A stretch of 62,970 bases of DNA, counting the filler, from Choristocarpus tenellus KU-1152 (taxonomy: Eukaryota; Protista; Phaeophyceae): the NCBI GenBank assembly GCA_964200185.2. It is 13 parts of 13 records of this genome, joined end to end, with 100 filler letters (N's around TTAATTAATTAA, not from the genome) between each part and the next. Parts side by side here need not be neighbours in the genome. Positions count along the whole stretch, not along the records: positions 13,246 to 16,184 come from CAXNAD020023508.1; positions 16,285 to 21,189 come from CAXNAD020012583.1; positions 21,290 to 24,722 come from CAXNAD020020057.1; positions 24,823 to 27,871 come from CAXNAD020022693.1; 9 more parts are not named here. One strand, 5' to 3'. Each line of letters starts with the position of its first letter. Positions within the stretch are counted from its first letter, which is position 1. This document shows positions 13,246 through 26,384 of the stretch, piece after piece. The notes below the pieces were generated by a model, which saw nothing but the letters and a program-made list of their open reading frames with translations, was not told where the DNA came from and did not search any database. Made by a program: the position numbers and the translations under genes.

Positions 13246-15959
13246 TGTATGTAGCCTTCTACAAAACTACTTTTCCCGTACTTCTCAAGGGTCATAAACG
13301 CGGCGTTGTCACGTGTGTGGTCACTGGTCGGTCGAAGCCAGTGAAGATCCACCCCACGCTCTCCGTCCTTGCCGAAGCACTCCGCTAGGATCTTGCCGAC
13401 CAAGAGCGGCACCTCCATTGCCACAAAAAAAGGCAAATCTGCCTTCTTGCACGGAGATGAGGTTTCCATGGTTCACCGATGTCAAGGTAGCACGAGGCCA
13501 AACCCGTCGATGGGAGCCAGCTTCTTCCTTGTCACTGTCCGATGAGGAAGATTCTGTTTCCTTGAGCCCGCCGAGATCATTGTCACCGCTGACGAGATTA
13601 TCTCCTCCGCCCGAACGTTTGCCCTGGTTGGTGTCTTCGACGTCGCTGGTACCAGTTCCAGTGCCATCGTCATCGGTGGGAAGCCAATGGACTGGGAGGT
13701 CGAACTCTCATTCCCCTGTCTTTTTGAGAAGCCGCACAGACGCACTTTGCTCGTGTTTCGCTCTCTGAACAGCTTCATCGTTTGCGAAGGTTAAATCCAT
13801 GAGCACAAGAACATTGACGGTATGGAAGCATGAACGTTACTTTGTAACCAGGCGTGAGTTTTCACGAATGCGCTTGGGGAGCATGCAGTGAGAGGGAGGG
13901 TGTATATTTCGTCAGATTCGTGTCTGTTGAGTACAAGACCGGTACCCTCAAAACATTTATCGGGGGTAATCTATAGTACTTGTTTATTGTATCATGTAAC
14001 GATCACTACGCATGAGAATGGAATATTTTTCAAGATTGTTTTTGTAAAGGCTGTAAAGGCTGCCTTGTACAGAAGTTGCACCAGATTTTTTTGGCTGCCA
14101 CCGAATACAAAATTAGCCATCAACTCCTCTCACGAAAAAATCGACTTACCCAGTGGGTACGCAGCAGCGAGGCGCTCGTGCGACGCCTGGTACCGCTGCT
14201 CCACCTTCAGGATGATGTCTTCGGGAATGCTCTTGAGCTGGTAGGGTGGTGCATTTTAGAGACAAGGCGGGTGGCCGATGAAGAGGTCGTGCGGAGGGGC
14301 GTTGGGGTCGATAGCAAGGTCTCCGCCTATCCCACTCCATTTGGTGCTGTGCATGTATTGCTTTACGCTAACCTTAACCCGTCCATCACCGCCTTTTTCA
14401 ACGCGAAAAGTCCTGTAGCTCGTGATATTGGGGACACGGTTGACGCAACCGCGAAGGAGTCCCTTGAAGTTGCCCTCGTTCCGTTGGGTCTTACGGTAGA
14501 CTGGAACCTCCATGTAAGAGGCCTGCAGCTCTTCACCCAGCTGTGTTCTTGTGAATATGTTCTTCCCTTTTATACCACGTGAGAGCCTGAAGGTGAAATG
14601 CAAGCAAGTTAATTTTGAGGCGGGGGCGAAAGAAACGAAGTGGAGAAGCAAGATATATATGCAGGCACATGCTCCGATGCATGTATATGGAAGTATAAAT
14701 ATAAAAAGGGGTGATGCGTACATTTTTTTATTGTTTTGTTTCGAGAGTAGGTTACGAAACGGTTTTGGCAGCTGCTGTTATCGTTCAATATTGTTGTGGG
14801 AAAATCAAAAGCCAATCAACCAATTACAGTGTATGACCATAAAGCTTCCATGGACGCAACAAGGGTGAACTGCAAGCCTCAAGGCAGTATCTGTCCGTAT
14901 CAAAACACTATGTGGCTATCGCACTTGTATATCTTGCCTAATTACCTGGAGAAGATCTGATCGAATTTGATGTGTGTGTGCCCCAGCATCATAAAATGTA
15001 TCTCGACCACACGAATGACACTCGCCGCGACCAACAGCCCCGTATATTCGAGAAAGAAATTGTTCTTGTTCTCTGAGACGCAGTTGTCGACCTGGCCAGT
15101 TTGGAGAGTTGGGAGCGAGGGAGGGATAGGCGTGAGGCCGATATGTCAGCCCATTTCGCCGCGTTTCGTGGAGGAACAGGGTGTGTTTCCAGTACTGCTA
15201 GAGCGCAAGCTCTACATCACCGCCATGATACATGCAGGTTGCAACACACAAACCAAAACTAAAGACCGTGCAGCTAGATACTTGGTGACCGGTATTCAGC
15301 AAGTATGTGTTGAGTAGGTCGTGTCAAGATGAAACTTTCTTACCTGCCAATGGGCATGCTGGATGATGCAACTCCCCGCATGATCGAGGCTATTGTGGTA
15401 CTTGTCGATAAGCCTTGTGAGGGCAAGGTGGGTGGCTGTGCAGACAAGGTTACAACCTGCGCGAACGATGATGTCCGTCGTTAGTTAGCAAATAGTACTC
15501 TGCTTACTTACGCATTGTTTAATTGGAGCTAAAAAGAGGGGTAATGGAATTTGTTTTTGCAATGTAGAGCACATACACCCGAATGGCTGATATACATGTC
15601 TGTGGGTTTTCCTCCTCATTGATTAGCTCTTACACTCCTCTCGCCCTTCCGAAGCTGAGGCGTAGGAGGGCAGGGGAGCACAGCGCATCATCAGGTAATC
15701 GACTGTTCACTAGGCCTGCGGTATCTGTAGGCACATCATGTAAGGATGTACTCGTCCTCGGATATCTACCCTACGGCAGGTCCACTCGCCACGACGGTAA
15801 ATCAAGTGGTGCGTGCGCAACCAGCATCTATTCTGTCATGTGATTGTTTGCCACGACCCACAATACGTACCTCCTCCAAGATTGATAGGAGTGAAGAACA
15901 CCTCCGCGAACTGGCCTTTGACGTGTGCGGCCATGATCTTCTGGCGCTCGGAGTAGCCC
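13246..15959 (-). pseudogene. Intron-containing Sola-superfamily-like DDD transposase, decayed
   Basis: Exons 15959-15871, 15456-15344, 15091-14946, 14586-14150 and ~13800-13246 splice to ...QKIMAAHVKGQFAEVFFTPINLGGGCNLVCTA...HAHWQVDNCVSENKNNFF...IHFMMLGHTHIKFDQIFSRLSRGI. The QxDNCxxENKN and GHTHxxxDQxFS motifs are typical of Sola-type transposases. In-frame TAA at 14256-14258, TGA at 13708-13710, frameshift near 13425. Confidence 0.75.
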
Positions 15960-16893
15960 CTGATAAGAAGGACATGAACCAAAGAAACTTGTAAAGAAGG
16001 GTTCTACGGTGCGTCGTCATCATGATGAATGGAATAGGTAGTGGAAATGCGTCTGTTTTGGCGGTTATTTCTTGGGACTTTGCACTCATTCGTAGAATAA
16101 AACAGGGTCGTCTATTCTGTTCCGCATGCGGCTGCAAACTTGTTGACAGATGGACTATGCGTGCGTGTGGTTACCTGTCACCGCNNNNNNNNNNNNNNNN
16201 NNNNNNNNNNNNNNNNNNNNNNNNNNNNTTAATTAATTAANNNNNNNNNNNNNNNNNNNNNNNNNNNNNNNNNNNNNNNNNNNNGACGCCAACACCCCCT
16301 CCCCATATACTTTGACCCACAATTGAAACCAGTGTCTTGAGGAAAAACATACCCTACCTTGACATAACTCTCTACCTGTCCTTTCTTGACAATGCCTAGT
16401 TTGACACTGAAAGACATCCTACGGTAAATATTGGCAGTATTGACAGATTGATTAGAACAGAAGTTGGTGTAATATATCCTATCGGGCTCTGGGGTTTGAA
16501 TGTGCTGAATGTGATGTATGACAACCCTTACTTCATTAGAATGATTGCAATAGCACAAACTGCTTAGTGGCATATGAAGCACACTGATATGGATTTAACA
16601 AAATAACCCTAGCCAGATAGGAGAAACACACAGAACGCTAAAGCAACGAGCTCTATTAAGGCTACAAAACAGCAACTACATTTTCACTGCACCTCATCGT
16701 TCTCTCTAATGTTGTGCGACATAAACACAGCAGCTAAGCATCTGATTTCATGGCTATACTACAATTGAAATAGTTCTTCCTTCCTATCTTCAATTTCCTT
16801 TGAACCCTCATACCTTCGCCCACAAGCAGGTCCACATCCTACTCACCACCTACCCCTAATCCTACTTGGCCTGGTCCCTGCCTCAATCCATAG

Positions 16894-19800
16894 ATCTCGT
16901 ATCCGGGTGGCAGGTTTCTTCTGCTGCGATGACAAGCTACGCAGTGGCTCCATGAGTCGTGAGCGGTTTGGTCGTTGCTTGCTGGCCATGGGGTTCAGAG
17001 TTTCACCTGTAGAATTACAGGCAAGAAGTGGCTCTACAGCAACCAACACATACTCTCATGCTTCCTTCAATAACTGCACGAACTCCTGTACCCTTCTTGC
17101 AATCATGGCCAAACCTCAAGGACTATCATGAATACGTTCCTTGTCATCAAGAGCATTTCCAATACAAAAAATTACCACAAATGAGGTCAAGATTCTTCCT
17201 GTTCTCCACAGCAGCTAATAAACTGTTGCTTCTGTCTGCTACGTGACGCAGAGCCTGTGTGAGTGCTATGCAGCACCTTTCCCCTTTGATGATGGAGGTC
17301 TGCCCTTTGTTCGCTACTCAAGGCTCATGGAGGAACTGGAGGGAGTGTTCACAGTGCGACAGTTAGAAAAACATCCAGAATGTGATGTCGAGGGGATAAT
17401 ATCAAAGGCAAAGGTTTGTCAGCTGATATCTTTCAGCATTACTCTTGCTTCGACTACGCAAGAAAATGTAAAGAGTGCCTGCAGTCTGAATCAGAAACTC
17501 ATGGTATGAAACAAGTGTATTTGTCCCCAGCAACTCTATGCCGTACAGTGCAAAGAATAGTTTCATCATACACACGAGAAATGTCCTGTGGGAGTCAACT
17601 AAAAAGAGAGAGTTAAGTGGAGAATACTCACCCCACATCCTCACTTTGCATCTTCATCCGAAATTTGTTCCTCTAACAGGGGTAGTGTTGCGTATTATCT
17701 TGTAGTAGGTACTTTGTTGCTGCTTCATAGTCACCCAAGGGTACATGTTGAACACAGTAGCTTCTTTTTGCCTGATACTTCCTCTTGTCTTTCGTCCTAG
17801 GCTCCTCTCCTCTCCTAGCCACGCCTGTGTACACTTCACTTGCTCTTCTCACTTTTCTTCTTCGGTTCGTTTCACCCTATTGCAGCGCCCTCTCACTCAG
17901 GAGGCTGTTCCTACTTTTTCCTACCCAGCCTCACCTACCATGAGTGTGGGCCAGCACCCGTTTGGTTCACATCTGAGTGAGGAGGATGAAGGAGCAGTGG
18001 CAGAGGTCATGAGGTATACATCTAGAATGTGCTATGCTTTACCTGCTGTTTTTTTGTTCTGTATTGTGCAAGGTGTAGAGATCCCTCATAATGGATGCCT
18101 ATACTGTTGTGAGAGAGGTGTGATGGGTTTCTACAAAATTTGGAAGGATTCTGGGTCAATACCATTAGACAAGGATGCTTATGGCACACATGTCTGGGAT
18201 ATATATATATTTCCTGGAAATCTCTTTTTCACATTCTCTTTGGTGGATGCTGTGAGGGTGTGGTGGTATGGTGGTATGGTGGTATGGTGGACTATGAGCG
18301 GCAGAGATTGCTCCCTCAGCTGAGTCAAAGAGGTAGCGTAACCTCAACAGCTTGTGTTGTGTGTATTAGATAGGTTAGCCAAAGAGAATGGTTCAGACCC
18401 TGCACCGACCATAGCTTTTTATGAAGGGTAGGATGGTCTATCTACATTTCCCCCATTAAAATAAAAAAGGGCCCTGCATAAGGTGGGTAGGGATGGCGGT
18501 ACTGCAGTTTTGGGATTGATAGATGTTGGAATAATGTGCTAGTACCAAATATTGACAACAACAAGCGCAGGGCAAAGCCCAAAACCCAGTCAAACGATCT
18601 AGGAAGGTCAATACTCATAGAGGCAAAACGCGTGCCTTTCATCAGTCCTGAACATTATTGCAAAATTATCCCCACTTCCTCATATATTCCTCTTTGTTGT
18701 GGAGAATGACTTTAAGTAAGGTGCAACCTTTCTCTTTGTTGGCCTGGATTATCTTCTTGTCGTGCAGTTTGATATACCCATAAGCAGTAGATCATATTGA
18801 GGGTAGGACTGACTATTTCTGGGTCATGTGTTGGTTTTGAATATCCCCCACAATAGTGAATGGGCTTCTGTTTGGGCCCCAAACGGTTGTAGAGTACCCT
18901 CACCTGCACAGAGGGTGTACTGGAGTCAATCGGAAGGGGATTCCTGTCAATTGTAGGGAAGCATACGGGATGCAAAAGCTCTTCAAGGTTCAAGTTCTCT
19001 ACAAGAAGCTCTTCAAGCAGTACCCATATGCCCAATGATGCGTGTATACACAACTGTTACATGCATTCAACGTATCGGAAGGACATTGCCCATCATCTCC
19101 TACTCATCCACTCTTTATCGCTTGAGATTTTGGTCTATTTCTCTCTATCATCAATACCAAACCCTTACCACCTCAATTGCAAAAACTGGGATTCCTTCCC
19201 TTTCAGGACCTAGCTCAAATATCCCTTCCTTCCTCTTCCAAAGTCTTACCCTTTCAAACCATATTGCAACCTCTTACTCCATTTCATCCTACTTCCCTCA
19301 GGCTTTCCTTTCCCATTATCAGCATCCCTACTTATTGCCGTACACCTACCCATCTTATCGTTTTTACAATGCTCAGGGATATACATGATCAGACCAAGCG
19401 CTGTAGAGTGGAATTGATACCCACTTTCCGCGACTTTGATCGTTTCAACCGTGGTACTCTTCCAGCCACCATCTTTGAGCGGGCTCTTAGTATTCTGAAA
19501 CTCCTACCCAGCCGGCGCAAGTAAGAGATGGACTTGGTTAGCCATCTGTGAGAAATGAGAGATAAGGGGGGCTCTGAAGCCATGTGAAGATTGAGTAATA
19601 TTGATGTATTTTATGTAATGAAGTGATTGAGGGGTAGGGGCCACGACGTGAAAGCAATGTTATACCAACAGATTTGCTTGTGCATAACATTGAGCCAGTA
19701 GGATACAATTACTCTGCAATCTGTCCTATTCTCTCAACATTGGCCATAACGTTTTTGTGTTCTTTGAATCGACAATTGCAATCCTTTGGCTGGGCATCCA

Positions 19801-20842
19801 TCCATCCTTGAAAGGAGCATGTTACCCTTGCATGGCAATTACACTTGTTGGCACACCTTCACATGAAAGGTAGCAACATGTGCTTCAGACACCTTACACA
19901 ATCAAATGTAGTATTCACACTCTTCTACTAGGTTGGTATGAAAAAAACTCAAAAGAAGATGAATATGAAAAGGCAATATCTCTATCTCCAACAGGTCTCT
20001 TTGGGGTTTTCAAGTTTTTGAGTATCCTTCCTAAGCTCATTGGCTCTTTTCGATCCCTTCTACCACCTGGCTCTGTCTTGACCAGAACCAAGCTGCTTTG
20101 CCACAAGTTTGCTGAGCGATTTTCGGTTCCTGATCAGCGCCTGGATGTCAACTACACAGCATTTGTTAGGGCGCTCAACATGGTCGGCCAGGGGGGAGAA
20201 AATCATAGGGGGGTTATGTAATATAGTGCTCCAAGCACTATACTGTACTTTTGTTCTTCGAAGCAGAATGTACTAAAATTGTACTCAAAAGCATTCACAC
20301 AACCTATGGAGTCCGTTCTTTCCATGTGTGAGTTGAGATTCCAAGATAGCTCAAAATGCTGAACAGATCTGCAATGTGAATCCTATCCCTAATGCCCAGC
20401 GAGGAAGTGTCAAAGAATAGCAGAAAAAATACCACATTGTACACAATGTGGTATTGTGATAATGAACAATGGACCTAGTAGAGAAGTTTAAATCGATTAA
20501 AGTTCACAAATGATGCTATCTTATTCCTCCACTCTCTCTTCTTCCCCTCCCGTCCACCATCTCTTTCCTCCCCACGGAAAGATTGGATCAGATGATACTC
20601 AGTGCCCGTCAGATGAAAGTGTTCCAGTTCAATTTTCTGTCCCCAAGAGTGACCAAACGCAAGGAGGAAACAAGGAAACAGCAGCCCCGCCCCCTGCTCT
20701 GTCACAAACCCGAGTTGGTATGGAAGGTGGACTAGAGCCTGGAATGAGAATGACACTTCCAGCACAGAAGGCACAAAGGACTTTGGGGATGGGGGGGCGA
20801 CCAACCCTAGATTCTGTGGTGAAAGAGCTGGTCCGCCAACTG
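16894..20842 (+). CDS. Multi-EF-hand protein (internal exons), probably cilia-associated
   Basis: Phase-compatible exons 16894-17020 (GC donor), 17252-17413, 17886-18013, 19377-19520, 20086-20182, 20582-20842. EF-hand-like segments DDKLRSGSMSRERF, FRDFDRFNRGTL, DVNYTAFV. Confidence 0.75.
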
Positions 20843-21610
20843 GTGGGTAGACTTCTATAGTGGAAGCATGGGTAGGCGAGGGGGAGGTCAGAATGTGCTT
20901 GCCTCCACCAACTTCATATTTGGAGGGCAGATACAACGAAAGAACAGCTGAGAGATTTCACCAGACTCAAACAGAATATGAAACCGAGTGTTTTCTCAGC
21001 AGATGACATTTCATCCTGTTTTCCTTTTATATCCCCCAAAAGTGACTAATGTATGAAGTCTGTGTGTTACAATAATGAGATACCATTGTATCCCCAGGGC
21101 GGTAGTCTGGTGCAGGACTCCTGGCTCGGTGGTGCAGTTAGTCCCCCCCACTAGTCCCCTTGCACTCAGCCCATAGCATCCTAGAGGGGNNNNNNNNNNN
21201 NNNNNNNNNNNNNNNNNNNNNNNNNNNNNNNNNTTAATTAATTAANNNNNNNNNNNNNNNNNNNNNNNNNNNNNNNNNNNNNNNNNNNNATCTGTGCCAT
21301 CGTGGACAAGTAATAAAACAGTATTGCAAACTGCAAGTGAAGACTCTTTTTCCCACTCCTCCTCCACTTCCACTATGCCACCATACCCATCCCCTATCTT
21401 GCAGGCTCTATGGATTATTGAATTGACAAAATATAGCAATAAACAGTGTCGGGTTCTTTTATATGCAACCATGCCATTAGGGAGGTATTTGCGTTGAAAA
21501 CTACTTCCCCAGTTGTATAGAGGTATCCATTGCATCATCTTGATGGAGTCAGAGGCCAGGGCCCTGCTTGGAACCTGTGCCTATTGGTATATTGTTGTAG
21601 TGATATCCAA

Positions 21611-21854
21611 GAGTCAAAGTATCTCAGAGGGTAGAGTCGCGTCCATTTGGGGACCAAAATCCAATGTAATTTTGGCTATCATGGTTTTTAGGAGATGTCA
21701 ATAACCTTGTTCTGGACACATCTTTTCATAACGTAGGCACTTTACCTACTCCGAAACATTTTGGAGTAGGTAACTGTCATTAAAAACCCGTGGGAAACCA
21801 AGGCCCAAATGGACAAACAGGGAAAAACTCGTACCCTCTAAGATACTTTCACTC
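21611..21854 (+). mobile_element. MITE family A copy
   Basis: Both TIRs present; CAA on both flanks. Confidence 0.9.
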
Positions 21855-23358
21855 CAAGTATCTTGACAAATCAACACACTTTTTCTACCTCCTTGACCAA
21901 AACCTCCTCTTCATAACCCTCTCTGCCCTATATACCACCACCTCCTGGCCATTGCTTTGTTTGATCAACTATCTCTCAGGATGCTTCGGAAATGTCAACT
22001 GGCAAATCTGTTGCTGAATGACCCCATTTTGAGTTTGAGTCATCTTCATGTGGTGGCCCTTATGGGCGAGGTCTGTGTTGTGGATGGCATGGTCAACTAT
22101 GTCCCACTGGTGAGATCGATTTGCAGATTGGCTTGAGTAGAGATGAGGGAGTGTTGGGTTCCTGTGGAAAGAGGTGGTATAGAGAGATAAGTATGAAAGC
22201 TTGAGGAGACAAAGAGTAATAGACAGGGAAATAAATCGAGTTGTAGGGTCGAAGGGTTCATATTCAAGGCTGTAATCTTCCAGATAGAAAACTAGTCTGA
22301 TAAGGTTTGGTGCTCTTCACAGAACGAGGAAACAGCGGTTCACACCTAGCTATGAAATAGGCAGCTAAATAAAAACATATTCGATCGATTCATACTATTA
22401 GTACATTGACATCTGTAGGTGTCAATATCTTCTTGTCGTGCTTGAAGCTTCACAGCTAACAGTGTTCTCTTCTTGCACCTCAAAATACTTACGTCCATCT
22501 GACAAGTGACATCTCTGGATTTTGGTTTCCTTTTGCAAAAAGTGCCAATGATGGACTTGGGGGAGGGGGTGGCGGGGGGGGTGGAGGAAAATAAAAGAGT
22601 TTCTACCTTTGACAATATACCCAGGTGTGCAGGGTTTCCCCTTGAAAGATTGAAGCAGGAAAAAGGAACAATTTCAAGCCTGCAAGATGTCCAAATCGTG
22701 TTCGAAAAGGTCAGAGTAAAAGTGTTCGATGGGTAGGCAGCTTTTGAACCTTTTGCCCTTCAAAGCCTTTGTTCTTACCCAAGTACAATACACCATATTT
22801 CATTGCTTAATGAGCACAACTGTGTCCACAAGATTGATATTCCCCCCTTCAACACACAAAGTGGCACCACAACTCAGCAAAGGTCATTTCCGCAATAATG
22901 GTAGAAAAAAAACGTATTTTCGTCATTTCTTGAGATCCTTCAAGTACAACCTTACCTACCTCTTAAATACTTTGGCTCTCAAAGGAATGCGCCTGCCTGG
23001 TAGCCATAGAATGTTTTTATTCCGTTATATTTAGAAAACCGAATTATGGGATACTGAAGCATATTATCTGTGAGAATGATTTCAATTTTTAAGCCTTTGA
23101 ACAAAAACGAAAGGTACAAATAGGAGGAAGTGGCGTGAGGTCCTAACAACATTTAGAACATGCCTGCCGTCTCCTTGTGCTTCCTTTTTAGACTTAAGAT
23201 CTACGTGTGCTGGGCTGTGCCGACTTCCTTACAAGGTGGTAGGCAGGGTTATTGTAGAAATTGGCTAACTGATCAGACAGGGATGGGGAATACTTGGAGG
23301 TGTACGGTGTGGTTGGGGCGTGGTTGCATGGTTTCGTTTTATGTTGTCCCCTAAGAGA

Positions 23359-23538
23359 CGGACCTCACATGGCTGGTGTGTAATGCCAAGGAAATCCAGC
23401 CAGAGTATCGCAAGCGACACTGAATCTAGCCGTTTCAAAAACAGGTGTGAAATTTGATCTCCATTGGAGATCATCTAGTTTTCACACTAGATAGAACAGA
23501 TACTACACATGATCTTAGCCAAAAGGCCGAGAAGGTAT
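23359..23538 (-). ncRNA. U2: U2 spliceosomal snRNA
   Basis: Minus strand reads ATACCTTCTCGGCCTTTTGGCTAAGATCATGTGTAGTATCTGTTCT (branch-point recognition GTAGTA). Stems IIa ATCTAGT/ACTAGAT, IIb GATCTCC/GGAGATC, IIc TGTGAAA/TTTCACA and stem III all form. 3' end approximate. Confidence 0.93.
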
Positions 23539-23859
23539 GTAGTTAAGGACGATTTTCGATTACAGTATAAACTAAAATTCTAAATACCCACACAATGTTC
23601 ATATATTTTGAATAATGCGAAGAATCGTTCTCAGAAATAATAGTATATACTGTGTATCGTTGTCGGACATGGTATGGGTGATTGGTTGATGATAATTATA
23701 ACTGTCAAAAAAGAGACCGTTCGACCCGAGATGGGGGCACGACAGGGATTTGGCGAGAAGGCGGAGTAACTGCCTACGGTGCTGCATGAATAGGGCCCAT
23801 GAAGGGTGATTTGTCTACAAATTTCATGCTCGCTGCTATTTTTTGTGGAGAGATTGTCC

Positions 23860-24722
23860 ATGTCAGGACACCAACCTGTTGATACTCCATACCCTGACAA
23901 CGTGCAGAACGGATTTACCACACCACGAACAGTAAAATGTTGCAAATGCGTGTTGAGCATAATGAGAGAGGGGAGGGTGATGGGTTTGGACGGAGAAGGT
24001 GCCTTGTACTGCACAACGAGGAAAATGGACCAATATTGGATTATTGTACATGGTCCCTGCAACTTTACCTTTTCTCAAACCTAAACAAAACCTGAACCAG
24101 CACTCTACTATAGGTCCTCGCCCGTAGGTTTGTGAAGCTTGGACTGGTGTAAGGGTGTATTTTAGCTTCTTCTGGTCCTGCTAACGAGTCCCGATTACTG
24201 TTAACTGAAGGTACCCGTGTTGGCGCGGACGATTGAGACAATGTTCGACTCGCGATCTCTTAAGATGCGTCAAGATATTCTGGCCAAGCAACCCTTCCAC
24301 GCAGACAGGTCGCCTGCAGGGAGAACCCGAGATGATATCCAGAAGCAGCTTGTGGCTGCTATGTGTAACGGGAGGGAAGGCCAGAAGGTATTTTGCAAGT
24401 CTTCTTGTGGTTACAATAGGGGGAAGGAATAAGGAAAAAAATGAGCTTTGTTATCCACTATCTTCGACCATTTTCAACAGTTGTCCGCAGTACTTTCCAC
24501 ACCTACTCCTAGTTTGTGATCCAGTAAGCACTGTATAAGTTGTTTTGAGGGCCATTCTGGCTTGTCAGTACCTGCAATGACTAAATAGAACTTAGTGTCA
24601 ATATGAAGAATCCCTTTTCTTACTTCCTGACAGATCGTGAACATATGTTACAGGCGAATAGCGCGAGCTTTTCTTCTTGTATTTCAACGAAGTGCAAACG
24701 TTTGTTACACGCGAATGGCACG
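23860..24722 (+). CDS. Putative spliced gene of unknown function (5' exons)
   Basis: Candidate exons MSGHQPVDTPYPDNVQNGFTTPRT | VLARRFVKLGL | VPVLARTIETMFDSRSLKMRQDILAKQPFHADRSPAGRTRDDIQKQLVAA join in phase across GT-AG introns; no family recognised. Confidence 0.35.
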
Positions 24723-24822
24723 NNNNNNNNNNNNNNNNNNNNNNNNNNNNNNNNNNNNNNNNNNNNTTAATTAATTAANNNNNNNNNNNNNNNNNNNNNN
24801 NNNNNNNNNNNNNNNNNNNNNN

Positions 24823-24880
24823 GTTAAAGTATCTGGGGGGGGGGGTGCCGGCGTCCGTTTTTGACCCTTGGGGTCAAAAA
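24823..24880 (+). mobile_element. MITE family B-like terminus at contig start
   Basis: AAAGTATCTGGGGG..GTGCCGGCGTCCGTTTTT, a reverse-complement match to 47859-47900. Confidence 0.6.
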
Positions 24881-24936
24881 ATAAAAAAGTAACACAACAT
24901 ATTCTCTAGGTTATTTTGATATTAAGACTTCGAGCT

Positions 24937-25216
24937 GAGTGAAAGTACCTTCGAGGGTACGAGGTTTGCCCTGTTTGTCCATTTGGGACTTGGCTTCTGA
25001 CTGGTTTTTTATATTATTTTCCTACCCTGATTTTGGAGTAGGTGAAATGTACACTTTTTTGGAGTAGGTATCATGTATGAAACTATAACAAGGTGTGTCC
25101 GAAACAAGGATATTTACATTTCCTAACAAACACGATAGCCAAAATTACATCAAAATCGCAACTTTGGATTTGGCCCCCAAACAGGTGCAGCATCACCCTC
25201 TAAGATACTTTGACTC
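24937..25216 (-). mobile_element. MITE family A copy
   Basis: TIRs GAGTGAAAGTAC... / ...GATACTTTGACTC; flanks AGCT/AGCC; small internal duplication. Confidence 0.88.
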
Positions 25217-25244
25217 AGCCAAAATGTGCTGCATATGGTTGCTT

Positions 25245-25505
25245 TATCCGAATTTTTGAGCTTTGGTATGATGAGAATAAATCAACAGTTTTCCAGGGTA
25301 TATCACAACCCTAACCCTAACCCTAATCCCAAACCCAAACTATCCGAACTTTGGTATGATGAGAAAAAAATAAACAGTTTTCCAGCATATATCACAACCC
25401 TAAACCTAATCCCAAATCCAAACTATCCGAACTTTGGTACGATGAGAATAAAATAAACAGTTTTCCAGAATATATCACAACCCTAACCCTATCTCTAACC
25501 TCCGA
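25245..25505. repeat. Three-copy ~80-bp tandem repeat containing CCCTAA motifs
   Basis: CTTTGGTATGATGAGAATAAA..AACAGTTTTCCAG..TATATCACAACCCTAA repeated at ~25261, 25349, 25432. Confidence 0.85.
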
Positions 25506-26384
25506 GTTGAACTTCTTTTGCTGTATGTCCTACAGCTCAGTATATCATACTTTGTTTTTGGAGTTGGAACTTGAACAACATATACTCGATAGCATCATCT
25601 TTGACAAGCAAATTCTGACATACTAACGATCATGGAGAGAAGTAGTAGTTGTGAGAATGACAAACGTGACCAATGGGTGAGGTGGTCATTCAAATGATGC
25701 AACAAGAGGATGCTCATTCTCCCACTTAATTTGCTATTTCCATCTATCTCCACCACCTCCATGAACTCTTTACACTGTCCTTCAGGATGAGGTTAAGTCA
25801 GAGCTTGTTCTGAGAGGTGGAACACGTCTAGCCTTTGCACTGTGGGAACAGGGCGGGGAAGAATCTCGCCGGAATTGTTCACTAGTTGTGTGTAACCTTG
25901 CCATGGGGAAGGTGAGGTAATATACACGTGTGTGCAGTGTGTGAAGTAACTACAGTCATGCCAATATTGTGACAGCCTTGTATTTCTCTCAGAGTTTCTT
26001 GAGGCTGGTGAAAAGTCATCCTTTCCTGCATGTGGTTTGATTTTGTTCAAAACCAAGGGCATAGGAAAAAATAGAAAATACTATTTTTTTTGTTAACATG
26101 TAAGGACTCCTCGACATTCAAATTCCATTGATAATCTAACTGTATATGATGCATATACCTACCTCAGAGTTCAACCTTGTCGGAGTAAATAGCTTCAGAA
26201 AACCTCTGCATATCATGGTTCAACCCTTAACTCCACCCCAACATCTTCCATCCCAACTCCATGCACACTGCACATCCCGAAACTTATTGCTCTTGAAATA
26301 AAGAGCTCTAGTTACTGTAGAAAACTGAGGTAGAGCTGTGCAACCATGCCCTCCCCTGACTTTTCAAAAATACCATGAATTGAG

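Noticed and set aside
22250-22800. Possible LINE endonuclease remnant (DLDILQA)
   Set aside because: Too degenerate to support.
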